IMG/VR virus record: IMGVR_UViG_3300024336_000001
Coordinates: 24,850-88,849 of that record
Direction: 5' to 3' (one strand)
From: a virus
DNA length: 64,000 nucleotides
The notes below the pieces were generated by a model. It searched no databases, was not told the DNA's origin, and worked only from the letters and a program-made list of their open reading frames with translations. The translations under genes were made by a program, and so were the position numbers. Of the stretch, positions 16,157 through 25,963 are shown one piece after another; position 1 is the stretch's first letter; every line of letters starts with the position of its first letter.

Positions 16157-16732
16157 ATGACATCTATAAACGAAACTTTAGAAAGTGAAATTGATAAAGA
16201 ATTAAATGAGCTTCAAGAAAATAAACCTGAGATGGTTCCCATTGAAGCTCTTGATGAAGCAGTTCAGGGAGCTTTTGATAAACAGTTTAAAGAATATGCA
16301 GAAAGATATTTAAGCTCGTATAACAAATATGTGCAGGCTAAGGCTGTTATGGATGATTTAAAAAACAAATCTGATGCTGCGGAGGTAGCAATGATTTCTT
16401 TTGCAAGGGATATTGGGGTTTTAACCAGTGAAGTAGCTCTTACTTATGACGGAATGGGAACGTTCAAGATTAAAGAGGCATATTTCGGTAATGTGACAAA
16501 GGCAAATCGGGCGAAAGTGTTTGCATTCTTTCGAAACCAGAAACGAGAAAACGAATTTTTTGAATTGTCAGTACGGAAAGCTGAGGTCAATAAATTTGTT
16601 CGAGAGAAGGTCGATAAATGCAAGAAAAATAGTAAAGGAGGTGAGATCGAGCCTGATTTACCAGATGGCGTTTCTTTTGGAAAGAAACACAGCGTTTCAT
16701 TATCAAACCGAAACTCTAGTTTTGGTGTATAA
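16157..16732 (+). CDS. Phage replication-region coiled-coil protein
   Basis: AGGAG RBS; helical N-half, C-terminal LPDGV motif. Confidence 0.6.
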   Translation: MTSINETLESEIDKELNELQENKPEMVPIEALDEAVQGAFDKQFKEYAERYLSSYNKYVQAKAVMDDLKNKSDAAEVAMISFARDIGVLTSEVALTYDGMGTFKIKEAYFGNVTKANRAKVFAFFRNQKRENEFFELSVRKAEVNKFVREKVDKCKKNSKGGEIEPDLPDGVSFGKKHSVSLSNRNSSFGV

Positions 16733-16758
16733 AAAATATTTTTAAGGAGGAAGTTATT

Positions 16759-17772
16759 ATGGATTGGCCAAACGAAGAAGTTGAAGAGGCAAAACAAAAT
16801 ACCGGGATAGTAGAACCGGCAAAAAAAGAAACAAAACAAGAAGACGCTCCAAGCGAGGAAGAAGCTTTCGAGCAGTTAGGAGAAGATATGATGCAAGATG
16901 CACCACAAGAAAAAACTGAGACACCATCCCCTGCCCCTGAACCAGAAAAAAAAGAAGAAAAGAAAGAGGATAAGTCACCAGAAACTCAAACAACGGCTGT
17001 TGAAGCAAAGCCAGAGCAAGCATTATCTACAGAAATTAATATGGAGGAGCACTTTATTGACGGAAAACCTAGAGGCTCTGTAGACATGGATGCTGGGGCA
17101 TTGAATACGCCGAGATGGGCGATTGTCCAAGGTATATCTGATATTGCAAAAACTCACCCAGACGCTCCAGGAAAAATTTATTTTTCAATGAACGATACTT
17201 TGCACAAAAAAGTAGAATTTTTGGTTATAGATTTTAAGCTTAACAGAAGGATGTTTGAACCTTTCAAGGATGAAAAGGGCAATAAGATAAAGGACCGATC
17301 AACACACCCCCTGTGTTACTCAGATACCGGACAGCTTAATGACGGTGGCGTTTTACACCCAGCCCTGCAATCTGTTCGATGTTCAGAATGCCCACATTCA
17401 AAATGGAAAGAAAGTGAGCAACCTGCCTGTACGATATTTCATAACTACCTTGTTATCTCGGTAGAGCAATTAATAGCTAAAGAAAGCTTGCCTTCCATTC
17501 TTGCTTGCTCAAAATCTCAAACCAGAGAAACAAAAAAATTCAATACAGAGCTTAATTCCAAAATGGTTAGCTACAAAGGAGCTTCTGTTCGAGCACCATA
17601 TTATTTTAATGTTTATTCATTAGAATCAATCGTGTCTCCAAACAATCCTGATGTCGGCTATATTCCAGTTTTCAATTTAGTTCGATCAGCGACAGCAGAA
17701 GAAATTAATGCGTGTCTGCAAATATCCAAGCAATTTGAATCTATTGAATGGGCAAGTTTAAGAGAAGGATAA
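16759..17772 (+). CDS. Putative ssDNA-binding/annealing protein with acidic disordered N-terminus
   Basis: AGGAGG RBS; CYS...CSECPHSKW...PAC cluster; lies between helicase and primase. Confidence 0.5.
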   Translation: MDWPNEEVEEAKQNTGIVEPAKKETKQEDAPSEEEAFEQLGEDMMQDAPQEKTETPSPAPEPEKKEEKKEDKSPETQTTAVEAKPEQALSTEINMEEHFIDGKPRGSVDMDAGALNTPRWAIVQGISDIAKTHPDAPGKIYFSMNDTLHKKVEFLVIDFKLNRRMFEPFKDEKGNKIKDRSTHPLCYSDTGQLNDGGVLHPALQSVRCSECPHSKWKESEQPACTIFHNYLVISVEQLIAKESLPSILACSKSQTRETKKFNTELNSKMVSYKGASVRAPYYFNVYSLESIVSPNNPDVGYIPVFNLVRSATAEEINACLQISKQFESIEWASLREG

Positions 17773-17773
17773 T

Positions 17774-17791
17774 CGTTTGATACACCAAACA
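17774..17791. promoter_or_regulatory. 18-bp palindromic site, copy 3 (CGTTTGATACACCAAACA)
   Basis: Lies in a 45-nt intergenic gap; 15/18 identical to copy 2. Confidence 0.6.
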
Positions 17792-17817
17792 AAAACAACT
17801 ACAAGGAGGTATAATGT

Positions 17818-18282
17818 ATGTATAAATTAAAAGGAATAACACATTTTGAGGGGCGACAAATCTTGGACTGCCTGGGAGCGCAAAACGAGGGCAAGGCTTC
17901 TATTAGCGAAATCCGAAAGATGTTGGGATTAATTGACAAAATAGAGGAGGTTGGCAAAGGGGTTCCTAGCGAAAGTGTAAACGATATGAATAAAATCATC
18001 GACACTTTCTCTGATGAGGCTAAAAAAACTTTAACAAAAGCTGATGTTGAGAAAAAGCAAGATGTGATTTGGGATACAATTTATATTGCTGAATTGGTAT
18101 TAGAAAACAAAGAATTCGAAACTATCAAAAAAGCTTTTGACGATATTAGCGATAAGCGGGCATTACCAAGAGATCTTCGGTATGCAAGACGATTTGATAG
18201 GTTTTACAAAGCCCTTGAGAAAACAGAGTCATTTGATGTGAACCAGAAAAAAGATGACCAAGTTGCTAAAGAGGACAAATAG
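17818..18282 (+). CDS. Hypothetical protein
   Basis: AGGAGGT RBS. Confidence 0.7.
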   Translation: MYKLKGITHFEGRQILDCLGAQNEGKASISEIRKMLGLIDKIEEVGKGVPSESVNDMNKIIDTFSDEAKKTLTKADVEKKQDVIWDTIYIAELVLENKEFETIKKAFDDISDKRALPRDLRYARRFDRFYKALEKTESFDVNQKKDDQVAKEDK

Positions 18283-18308
18283 GGGGATCCCTTGTAAAGC
18301 AAAATTTT

Positions 18309-21300
18309 ATGGATTTAGAACGGGTAAAGGGACAAGTAAAAGAGAGGTTTGATTATGAAAGTTATTATCATAACTTAGGTCTTCAAACCTCAAATCCACC
18401 AAAGCATACTCAAGATAGGCTAAGATTCTGCTGCCCATTTCACACCGATAAAACACCCTCTTTTTATGCCTATGTAAGCGGGCCAAAAAAAGGAAGATGG
18501 GAGTGTTATGGGGGAAGCTGTGGAAAATCCGGTGATATTTTCGACTTCATACAAGAGTATGAAAAGTGCGATTTTATGACCGCCCTTAAGAAAGCGGCTG
18601 AAATATGTGGCGTGGATACTGACGAAACACGTACCTACGAACCAAAAGGCAGACCACTTTTAAAAGAAAAGCTTGTAGACGATTACCATAAGAATTTAAT
18701 TGAAAACGAAGAATATAAACCACAGTTACAATGGCTAAAAGATATCCGTGGATTAACAGAGAAAACTATCCGAAAGTGGAAAATTGGATGGCGGCCACCA
18801 TATATAAAAGGGCAGCTTGGTCGATATTCTATTCCTATCTATGGCCCAGATAAACAGCTTTGGAATATTAAATACTATAACAGGGACGAAGAAGCAAAAT
18901 ATATTTTTCATACCTATAAGCCGAAAGGCGGTGAAAAATATAGTTACCATGAGCCACATCACGCCTTTGCTAATTGGCATCACAAACAAGCCTCTGGGCA
19001 TGTTTTAATTTGCGAAGGGGAAATGGACGGGCTAACTTTAGATCAATATAATTTTCCTTTCATTTGTGAATTAACCGGAGCTGGTAGCTGGAGTGGACAC
19101 AACAATGAATATTTAAGAGGTAAAACCGTACTAATTGCCTATGATAATGATGATGCGGGCAAAGAGGGGGCCGATAAGCTTCTTAAAAAAATAAGTGGCT
19201 ATCCAAAAGACATAGGGATATTAGATCTTTCTATAGCGGGGAAAGGTGCTGACATCACAGATTATTTTAATTTTCCGAAAACAAGAGAAGATTTTACTAC
19301 ATTAATTCAAGAAACAGAGCCAGTGGTAATTAACGAACCCAAAGAAGAAGAAAAAGTCAGCGAAAACATAGTTTCTTTAAACGATGTTTTGAAAAAAGCA
19401 TCTCTTTTTAATACTCATAACCGTTTTAAGATCAGGGTGGTTGGCGTATCGGAGCAACCAGGAACCATACCTACTAAAGCTTGCCTAACTTGTAATATGG
19501 ATGTGAAATGCACTTCTAAACGATGGTGTCCTGTTATAAGAAACCACAGTGCTAACCTAGAATTTGACCTTAAAAAAGACAAGAAATCCTTTATTACTTA
19601 CTTAACTTCGTCTCAAAGCGAAGCTGAGGGGGCTTTTAAGCGGTTAGCGGAAATCCCTAAAAGATGTTTTCAATCGGTACGCTTTTTAGACCAAGAAGTT
19701 TTGTCTTTTGTTGAAGCAAAAGTTGTTCAGAAAGTAGCTCTTGGTAATTTGAGTAATAAAATAGAAAGCACAGCTACCGTTTTTTATCTTGGTGAGGAAG
19801 AGATTAAGGCTAATTCTTGCTATGAAATGATCGGGAAAAGGGTTGAGCACCCCAAGAATCACGGAACCTTTATTATAGCAGACAAAGCTATCCCTGAAAT
19901 CGATGACCTCGATGCGTTTAAGATCACAGAAAAAGAATACGAGTTGTTAAATATATTTAGAAAACCATCCAACGTTAACGCCTATGATTGGATTCACCAA
20001 CAAAATAAAGATGTTTCTCAAAACGTATTAAAATTAGTTGGAACAACTATTATGGCAGATTCTATTTTAACCACTACTTTTTCACCGCTTAATTTTACTT
20101 TTATGAATGAGTTTATACCAAGAGGTCATCCTAATACATTAGTGGTTGGGGATACTGGCACGGGCAAATCTTCTGCTATCAGAAAATGGAATGAGTTTTG
20201 CCCATCTTTTGACATGGTATCCGGGGAACATTGTTCAGTGGCAGGTATGGTGGGCGGTCAAAAAAAGGGCGAAAAACAAGACATTCTGACACCCGGAGCC
20301 TTGCCACGAAATACCAGAAGAGCCATAGCAATAGATGAATTTAAAAAAATGCCAAAAGAGGTAAGACATGCTTTGACCCAGGTGCGCTCTGAAGGACGAG
20401 TTGATTATACAAAAATACAAAATATTACCTGGGAGGCCAGAACTAGGATTTTATTCTTTTCTTCTCCGGTTGGCCGAAACAATTCCTTGTCTTCCTATAA
20501 CCCACCGGTTAAAGCTGTTGCTGCAATGTTTGATTCCAGCAATGAAGATGTGCGGCGAACCGATCATATATATTTAATGCACAAAGATGAAGTTCCTATT
20601 GAAGCAATAAACAGAGTAATTCTTGATAATGAGAAGGTTGAGCATAAGTTTAAGTCGGATAATTTTAAATGCCTTCTAACTTATGCTTGGACAAGTAACG
20701 CAAACAATATTTGCATCACTGAAGAAGCAGAAGAGCTAATTTTAAGCGAAACTGTCCGTCTTTCAAAAAAATATGTGGATAAAATTACCATTGTAGACGG
20801 TAAGTCCCACCGCTATAAGCTTTGTATTGGCGCAATGAACCACGCTGTCAGATGTTTTTCAACCAATGAAGAGGCTGTTAGTAAAAAAATTAACGGAGAA
20901 ATCAGGACATTTGAAAAAGGGCGATTGTTAATCGTTTTACCAGAGCATGTTGAAAGCTATATCGAAATGTTTGAAGAGCATATGGATAGTGAAAAAGTTG
21001 GTTTCCTTGAGTTCAGTAGACAAATGCAAAGAAAAGATCGCTTAGTAGATGAGCACCTGGATCTTGGAAGTCTATTTAACCACGTCCTTCCAACGTTACA
21101 ACTAAAATACATCAAATTCAAAGAGATTATTTTCTCCCGTAATGTCAAAAATTTGGCTACATTAAAAATGCAGTTATGCCCAACAGACTCATTAAGGGGC
21201 GCAGATCTATTAATTGATTGGCTCTTAGGCTATGACTTCATAAAAATATCTGATGGCAAATATGTTGTTTATAATGCAAATCAGATAAAAAAATTACGAG

Positions 21301-21515
21301 TTAAGTGTGAAAAATATTATAGCCTTGGCATTACCAGCATCAGAAAAAAAGAAGCGGAATATACCGATAAAGTAAGCCGGGTAAGCTTAGATGATGTTGA
21401 TAAGAAAAAACAAAGTCTTGAAGAAGATGAAGAAGATCAAGAGGGGCAGTTTGATTTTAATACAAACCAATGGAAGGAGGGTCTTGATGAAGAGAATCAA
21501 GCTGACCTCACTTAA
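18309..21515 (+). CDS. Primase-helicase fusion: CHC2 zinc finger + DnaG-type TOPRIM + MCM-like AAA+ helicase
   Basis: CPFHTDKTPSF...CYGGSC; ICEGEMD, YDNDDAG; GDTGTGKS, PGAL...IAIDEFKKM (MCM IDEFDKM-like), RRTD. Confidence 0.88.
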   Translation: MDLERVKGQVKERFDYESYYHNLGLQTSNPPKHTQDRLRFCCPFHTDKTPSFYAYVSGPKKGRWECYGGSCGKSGDIFDFIQEYEKCDFMTALKKAAEICGVDTDETRTYEPKGRPLLKEKLVDDYHKNLIENEEYKPQLQWLKDIRGLTEKTIRKWKIGWRPPYIKGQLGRYSIPIYGPDKQLWNIKYYNRDEEAKYIFHTYKPKGGEKYSYHEPHHAFANWHHKQASGHVLICEGEMDGLTLDQYNFPFICELTGAGSWSGHNNEYLRGKTVLIAYDNDDAGKEGADKLLKKISGYPKDIGILDLSIAGKGADITDYFNFPKTREDFTTLIQETEPVVINEPKEEEKVSENIVSLNDVLKKASLFNTHNRFKIRVVGVSEQPGTIPTKACLTCNMDVKCTSKRWCPVIRNHSANLEFDLKKDKKSFITYLTSSQSEAEGAFKRLAEIPKRCFQSVRFLDQEVLSFVEAKVVQKVALGNLSNKIESTATVFYLGEEEIKANSCYEMIGKRVEHPKNHGTFIIADKAIPEIDDLDAFKITEKEYELLNIFRKPSNVNAYDWIHQQNKDVSQNVLKLVGTTIMADSILTTTFSPLNFTFMNEFIPRGHPNTLVVGDTGTGKSSAIRKWNEFCPSFDMVSGEHCSVAGMVGGQKKGEKQDILTPGALPRNTRRAIAIDEFKKMPKEVRHALTQVRSEGRVDYTKIQNITWEARTRILFFSSPVGRNNSLSSYNPPVKAVAAMFDSSNEDVRRTDHIYLMHKDEVPIEAINRVILDNEKVEHKFKSDNFKCLLTYAWTSNANNICITEEAEELILSETVRLSKKYVDKITIVDGKSHRYKLCIGAMNHAVRCFSTNEEAVSKKINGEIRTFEKGRLLIVLPEHVESYIEMFEEHMDSEKVGFLEFSRQMQRKDRLVDEHLDLGSLFNHVLPTLQLKYIKFKEIIFSRNVKNLATLKMQLCPTDSLRGADLLIDWLLGYDFIKISDGKYVVYNANQIKKLRVKCEKYYSLGITSIRKKEAEYTDKVSRVSLDDVDKKKQSLEEDEEDQEGQFDFNTNQWKEGLDEENQADLT

Positions 21516-21903
21516 AATTAGAAACTTTGACCGCATGAACGATGATGTGTTTGTTCGTTATAAATACAGCAATAAAAATGAACTTGATGTTATTTGTTAT
21601 GAGATCCACAAACTCCAAAGAGGTTTATATAAAGGTGAATTTACTGGCGAACTAAAAGAAATGTATCACCACTTAACAAGTCAGTTGGCTAAGTATTATA
21701 AAAACCCAGATCATTGGCTCACTAAGGTTGAGGCAGCAAAGCTACTTAACTGCCATCCAAGAAAAATAGATGCTTATTATCAACGTGGCTGTATCAGAGC
21801 CGAGGCTGTAGATACCTCCCGTGGAGAAGCCTTAAGACTTAGATATTGCAAAAATGATATTGAGGACCTAAAGGAAGAAATAGATGCCAAGACCAAAAAT
21901 TAA
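21487..21903 (+). CDS. Protein with C-terminal excisionase/MerR-like HTH
   Basis: WLTKVEAAKLLNCHPRKIDAYYQRG; AAGGAGG before ATG 21487. Confidence 0.65.
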   Translation: MKRIKLTSLKIRNFDRMNDDVFVRYKYSNKNELDVICYEIHKLQRGLYKGEFTGELKEMYHHLTSQLAKYYKNPDHWLTKVEAAKLLNCHPRKIDAYYQRGCIRAEAVDTSRGEALRLRYCKNDIEDLKEEIDAKTKN

Positions 21904-22489
21904 ATTCATAGCTTACCAACCAGAGGGTTTTAAAAAGTCTTTAGCAGAAGGAGCGTACACGAAGTTCTTTTTTAAACCAGTTGATGAGTTTGTTTATGTT
22001 ATAAAGGACAAGTTAGACAAAGATCTGTTTCCCTTTAAGGACCACGCTGTTTATTACCAAGAAGAAATCTTGTTTTGCAAGGAAATGCTAGAAGCTGTAA
22101 AGGCAGGCAAAATCCCTGAAGATATGGCAATAAAAAACGTAAGATCCATTCATTATTTGGTTAAAATGTTTGAAGGCACAATACAAAGAGGTCGTCATAT
22201 AGACCCAGATCCAACTATAGGGAAAACCCCGGACGTTCGGTATTGGAAGCGATTGAATGATTATGCTTTTACTGTGATAAAGGATGCCGAATTTGACGAG
22301 GCTATCAAAGCGTTAAGAATGAAACACTTTAAAATTTGGCCTAACAGTACCGGCGCACTGGGCTTGTTTCCACCTAATAAAATGGGAAAAGAAGAAAAGC
22401 AGGCCGTATCTTACAAATATATCATTCCGAACAAAGAACATATTAAAGAAGCCTTGAGCTGCATTTCAGACGTTACACCCAGGAATTAA
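21884..22489 (+). CDS. Hypothetical protein
   Basis: Operonic 201-aa ORF. Confidence 0.7.
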   Translation: MPRPKIKFIAYQPEGFKKSLAEGAYTKFFFKPVDEFVYVIKDKLDKDLFPFKDHAVYYQEEILFCKEMLEAVKAGKIPEDMAIKNVRSIHYLVKMFEGTIQRGRHIDPDPTIGKTPDVRYWKRLNDYAFTVIKDAEFDEAIKALRMKHFKIWPNSTGALGLFPPNKMGKEEKQAVSYKYIIPNKEHIKEALSCISDVTPRN

Positions 22490-22491
22490 AT

Positions 22492-22722
22492 ATGCCATTA
22501 ATAGTGAAAGTGTTTGTAAATAAACGGCAGATTGATGAAATAAAAATAGAACGCCTGGAGAGTTTTAATAAGAGGGATCAAGACTATCGATACGAAATTA
22601 TTAAGCCAAAAAATAAGGGGGGTGCTTTAAGACATCGGTATTCAAAGGGCTGGAAGCCTTTACTTATTAAAGCTTTGAAAAAACTAATTACGGAGGAAAC
22701 AAATGAGCGAAACTCAAGTTGA
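22492..22722 (+). CDS. Small basic hypothetical protein
   Basis: Operonic ORF. Confidence 0.65.
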   Translation: MPLIVKVFVNKRQIDEIKIERLESFNKRDQDYRYEIIKPKNKGGALRHRYSKGWKPLLIKALKKLITEETNERNSS

Positions 22723-23065
22723 ATCAAAAATAAAAACAATTACCTTTGAAGAACTTTTAAAGCAAGGAGAGACGCTGTACGGAAAAGATAAAAAGCTATG
22801 GAGGTTTAAATGTCCCATGTGCAACACTGTTCAATCTTTTTATGATTTTGTTGAAGCTGGCGTTGAAAAAAAACAAATAGAAAACTATCTGGGGTTTTCT
22901 TGTATAGGTAGATATAACGGCAACGGTAAATCAGCATTATTCGGAAAACCAACAAAAAAAACCGGTTGTGATTGGTCATTGGGCGGTTTGTTTACCTTGC
23001 ATAAAAAAGTAATTATCAAGGACGGCAAAGAATATCCTCGGTTTGAATTTGCAGACGAAGACTAA
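22703..23065 (+). CDS. VVA0879-family-like phage protein
   Basis: WRFKCPMC...GFSCIGRY...GCDWSLGGLF. Confidence 0.7.
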   Translation: MSETQVESKIKTITFEELLKQGETLYGKDKKLWRFKCPMCNTVQSFYDFVEAGVEKKQIENYLGFSCIGRYNGNGKSALFGKPTKKTGCDWSLGGLFTLHKKVIIKDGKEYPRFEFADED

Positions 23066-23066
23066 A

Positions 23067-23486
23067 ATGGCAGAAGGCACTAAACGCAAAAAGTGGGAAG
23101 AGCAGATACTAAAACTAGGTTTTAGAACTTGGAAATCTATCAAAATTCCTGATGCCCCAATGACCGGAAACAAAATATGCGACTCTATATTAGATAATGG
23201 CCAAACGTTTTATCTTGAATGGAAGGACCTGGATGTAAGTAAAACTGTAAATTATTTCAATCCTAAAAGCATCTTCCGGCCACATCAAATTAGAGAGCTT
23301 AACGAAATTGAGGATATGTCTTTGCGGAATTATAAATGCGCTTTTGGTATGTGCGGGAAAAAAATAAGCAACCGGATCCACATATACATAATTCCTGCTA
23401 AAGCCCTTAAACAAGATCGGATTTACTTGAAAGATTATGAGGCATATTCATTAGAAGGGGCGGTGAAGTTTTTTTGTCCAAGATAA
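23067..23486 (+). CDS. PD-(D/E)XK nuclease, putative Holliday junction resolvase
   Basis: G.K.WE, KIPD, CD...YLEWK, RPHQIREL. Confidence 0.7.
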   Translation: MAEGTKRKKWEEQILKLGFRTWKSIKIPDAPMTGNKICDSILDNGQTFYLEWKDLDVSKTVNYFNPKSIFRPHQIRELNEIEDMSLRNYKCAFGMCGKKISNRIHIYIIPAKALKQDRIYLKDYEAYSLEGAVKFFCPR

Positions 23487-24034
23487 ATTGTACAAACTGC
23501 AACCAGGATAAATTTTTAAAGATACCTCTTGTATCACTGGCAAACGAGGATACCGAAAAACTTTGTCTTGATAACTTAAAAGACATTCCTAGCGGTTTTT
23601 ACTATGTATGTGCCGGATGCAACAAGCCTTTAACCGAAGGCCCTCTTAACAAGCCAATTCTGCGCTTAATTAAAGTCGGGTGTTATACACACAAGATAAA
23701 GGAAGCTGGAAAGGCGCACAGCGAATATAAAGACGCTGTGTGTTTTTTAATGAGTCATAAAAAAGACACCGATTATCTCCAGGAGATTATCGGAGATCCG
23801 GGAGCCATTGGTGAACGCCCTCAGTGGCAACTAATACGAGACTTGGTAGATGTTGAATCAATAAAAGAAAAATATATTTTTGTTACTAAATTTGATGAGA
23901 AATTATTTTTAAACCATCCTCGCAACTATATTGTCTGTCTTACCCACAAAGAATACGACCAGCTAGAGTTAGATGCTTTTGTTTTGGATGCTAAATTTAG
24001 CGGAGTCTATAATTTCCAGGAATTTGAATCATGA
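23474..24034 (+). CDS. Hypothetical protein with N-terminal zinc ribbon
   Basis: CTNC...CAGC. Confidence 0.6.
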   Translation: MSKINCTNCNQDKFLKIPLVSLANEDTEKLCLDNLKDIPSGFYYVCAGCNKPLTEGPLNKPILRLIKVGCYTHKIKEAGKAHSEYKDAVCFLMSHKKDTDYLQEIIGDPGAIGERPQWQLIRDLVDVESIKEKYIFVTKFDEKLFLNHPRNYIVCLTHKEYDQLELDAFVLDAKFSGVYNFQEFES

Positions 24035-25314
24035 TAAAAATAGAAATCAACGATGAATTTAAAGAAGCCTTGATGCTGATGGAAGATACAAAAGAAAACC
24101 TTTTTATCACCGGAAAAGCCGGTACTGGTAAATCTACTTTGCTGTCTTATTTCATAGAAAACACGGGAAAGGACGTTGTTGTTTTAGCCCCCACCGGAAC
24201 GGCAGCCTTGAATATCAAAGGATCAACAATCCATTCATTTTTTCGTTTCAAGCCAGGAATTACCGTTGATAATGCAGAAGAAACGGCTTCTAAACTAACC
24301 GACCCTTCTCTTTATCGAAAAATCGACACTATCGTTATTGATGAAATATCAATGGTTAGGGCCGACCTTTTGGACTGTATAGACGTTTTTTTAAGAAAAG
24401 CCCGGAAGGAATACTTTCCCTTCGGAGGTGTACAGATGGTTTTTTTAGGGGATTTTTACCAGCTATCTCCGGTATTAAGCGGTTATGAAAAAGATGCTTT
24501 TTTGCAAATCTACAAAACTCCTTATATTTTTTCTTCAGAAGTTATGCAGGGTGAAGACTTTGATTTGCATTATATAGAGCTTAAGAAAATTTACCGTCAA
24601 AAAGATTCTCGTTTTATAGAGATCTTAAATGCGGTTCGCAAAAACTCTATTACAAACGAGCACCTGAGTATTTTAAATAGCAGATACTCCCCTTTCGCCA
24701 GAAAAAAAGATGCCGGTTTTATTTGCTTAACATCTACTAATAGCGGGGCTGACCACATTAACGCCATAGAACTAGAGGAGATTAAATCTAAAATGTCCGT
24801 TTTTAATGCAAGCGTAAGAGGGGATTTTGGTTTAAAGATGGATCCTACAGAGCGTAACTTAAAATTAAAAGTTGGCGCACAGGTGATGTGTTTAGCAAAT
24901 CATTCTGAAGGAGCTTATGTCAACGGCAGCATAGGAAATATATTAAACATAGAAGACGAAGTAATTACCGTAAAGTTGTTAAATGGAAACACTGTATTTA
25001 TCCAGCATTTTAAGTGGCAAATTTATGGGTACGAGCTTAATAGCAAAACCAGGCGATTGCAACAGATTATTATGGGATCATTTCAGCAATTTCCTTTAAA
25101 GCTTGCTTGGGCTATGACCATACATAAAAGCCAAGGGAAAACTTTTAATAAGATTATAATAGACTTAGGGAAAAGGGCTTTTGCTCACGGGCAAGTATAT
25201 GTTGCTTTAAGCCGTTGCACATCCTTAGAGGGACTTGCCTTTAAAAGACCTTTGCGAAGACAAGATGTCCTCGTAGATAGTTGCTTAGAATATTTTCTAG
25301 CGCAAATGGAGTAA
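24031..25314 (+). CDS. PIF1/RecD-like SF1B DNA helicase
   Basis: TGKAGTGKS, IDEISMV, GDFYQL, QFPLKLAWAMTIHKSQG, GQVYVALSR. Confidence 0.93.
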   Translation: MIKIEINDEFKEALMLMEDTKENLFITGKAGTGKSTLLSYFIENTGKDVVVLAPTGTAALNIKGSTIHSFFRFKPGITVDNAEETASKLTDPSLYRKIDTIVIDEISMVRADLLDCIDVFLRKARKEYFPFGGVQMVFLGDFYQLSPVLSGYEKDAFLQIYKTPYIFSSEVMQGEDFDLHYIELKKIYRQKDSRFIEILNAVRKNSITNEHLSILNSRYSPFARKKDAGFICLTSTNSGADHINAIELEEIKSKMSVFNASVRGDFGLKMDPTERNLKLKVGAQVMCLANHSEGAYVNGSIGNILNIEDEVITVKLLNGNTVFIQHFKWQIYGYELNSKTRRLQQIIMGSFQQFPLKLAWAMTIHKSQGKTFNKIIIDLGKRAFAHGQVYVALSRCTSLEGLAFKRPLRRQDVLVDSCLEYFLAQME

Positions 25315-25406
25315 AAAGTTTTAGTCCCTTAAAAAATATGCTACCTTAAAAAGGGGGACAAATAGCAGCGAAACAATGATGCTTTTATATTATTTCGGAG
25401 GTTAAA

Positions 25407-25952
25407 ATGAGATTATTTAAACAAGTCTTTATAATAATATTGCTTTTATCAATGCCTCTATTGGCGGAGGAAATATTAACCCTAAGCAATGGAAAAAAAA
25501 TTACAATTAAAGATAATTATACCTGGAAGTATGTTACGTCTAACAAACCATCAACCATTAAATATGCAGAAGAGGCCGTCACAATTTGGGACAAATCTTT
25601 ACTAAGAAAAGATAAAGATTATAGCAAAGCCTTGGGCCTATTTTTACACTATCAAAATCATACAAACAAAAAAATAATTGGTGTTGTTACGCAGGTGTCT
25701 ATCATCAATCCTTTTGGCAAACAAATCTTTAAAACAACATATGAAGATGAGGTTGTTTTAAAGCCAAGTCAAAGGATAAAGAATAATCAATATTGGGTGT
25801 ATAAAGACAATCAGTTTGTCTCTGATGAACCCTATGATCGTATGTGGCAAATGGCCGATAACGGTACAGCTAAAATAAAAACAAAGATAACAAAAGTAAT
25901 ATTTGAAGATGGCACTATACTAAAAGCAAAGCCCTCGAAACCAAGGAAATAG
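25407..25952 (+). CDS. Secreted/periplasmic protein (DUF3157-like N-terminus)
   Basis: Signal peptide; LSNGKKITIKDNYTWKY. Confidence 0.65.
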   Translation: MRLFKQVFIIILLLSMPLLAEEILTLSNGKKITIKDNYTWKYVTSNKPSTIKYAEEAVTIWDKSLLRKDKDYSKALGLFLHYQNHTNKKIIGVVTQVSIINPFGKQIFKTTYEDEVVLKPSQRIKNNQYWVYKDNQFVSDEPYDRMWQMADNGTAKIKTKITKVIFEDGTILKAKPSKPRK

Positions 25953-25963
25953 GATCTAAGTTC

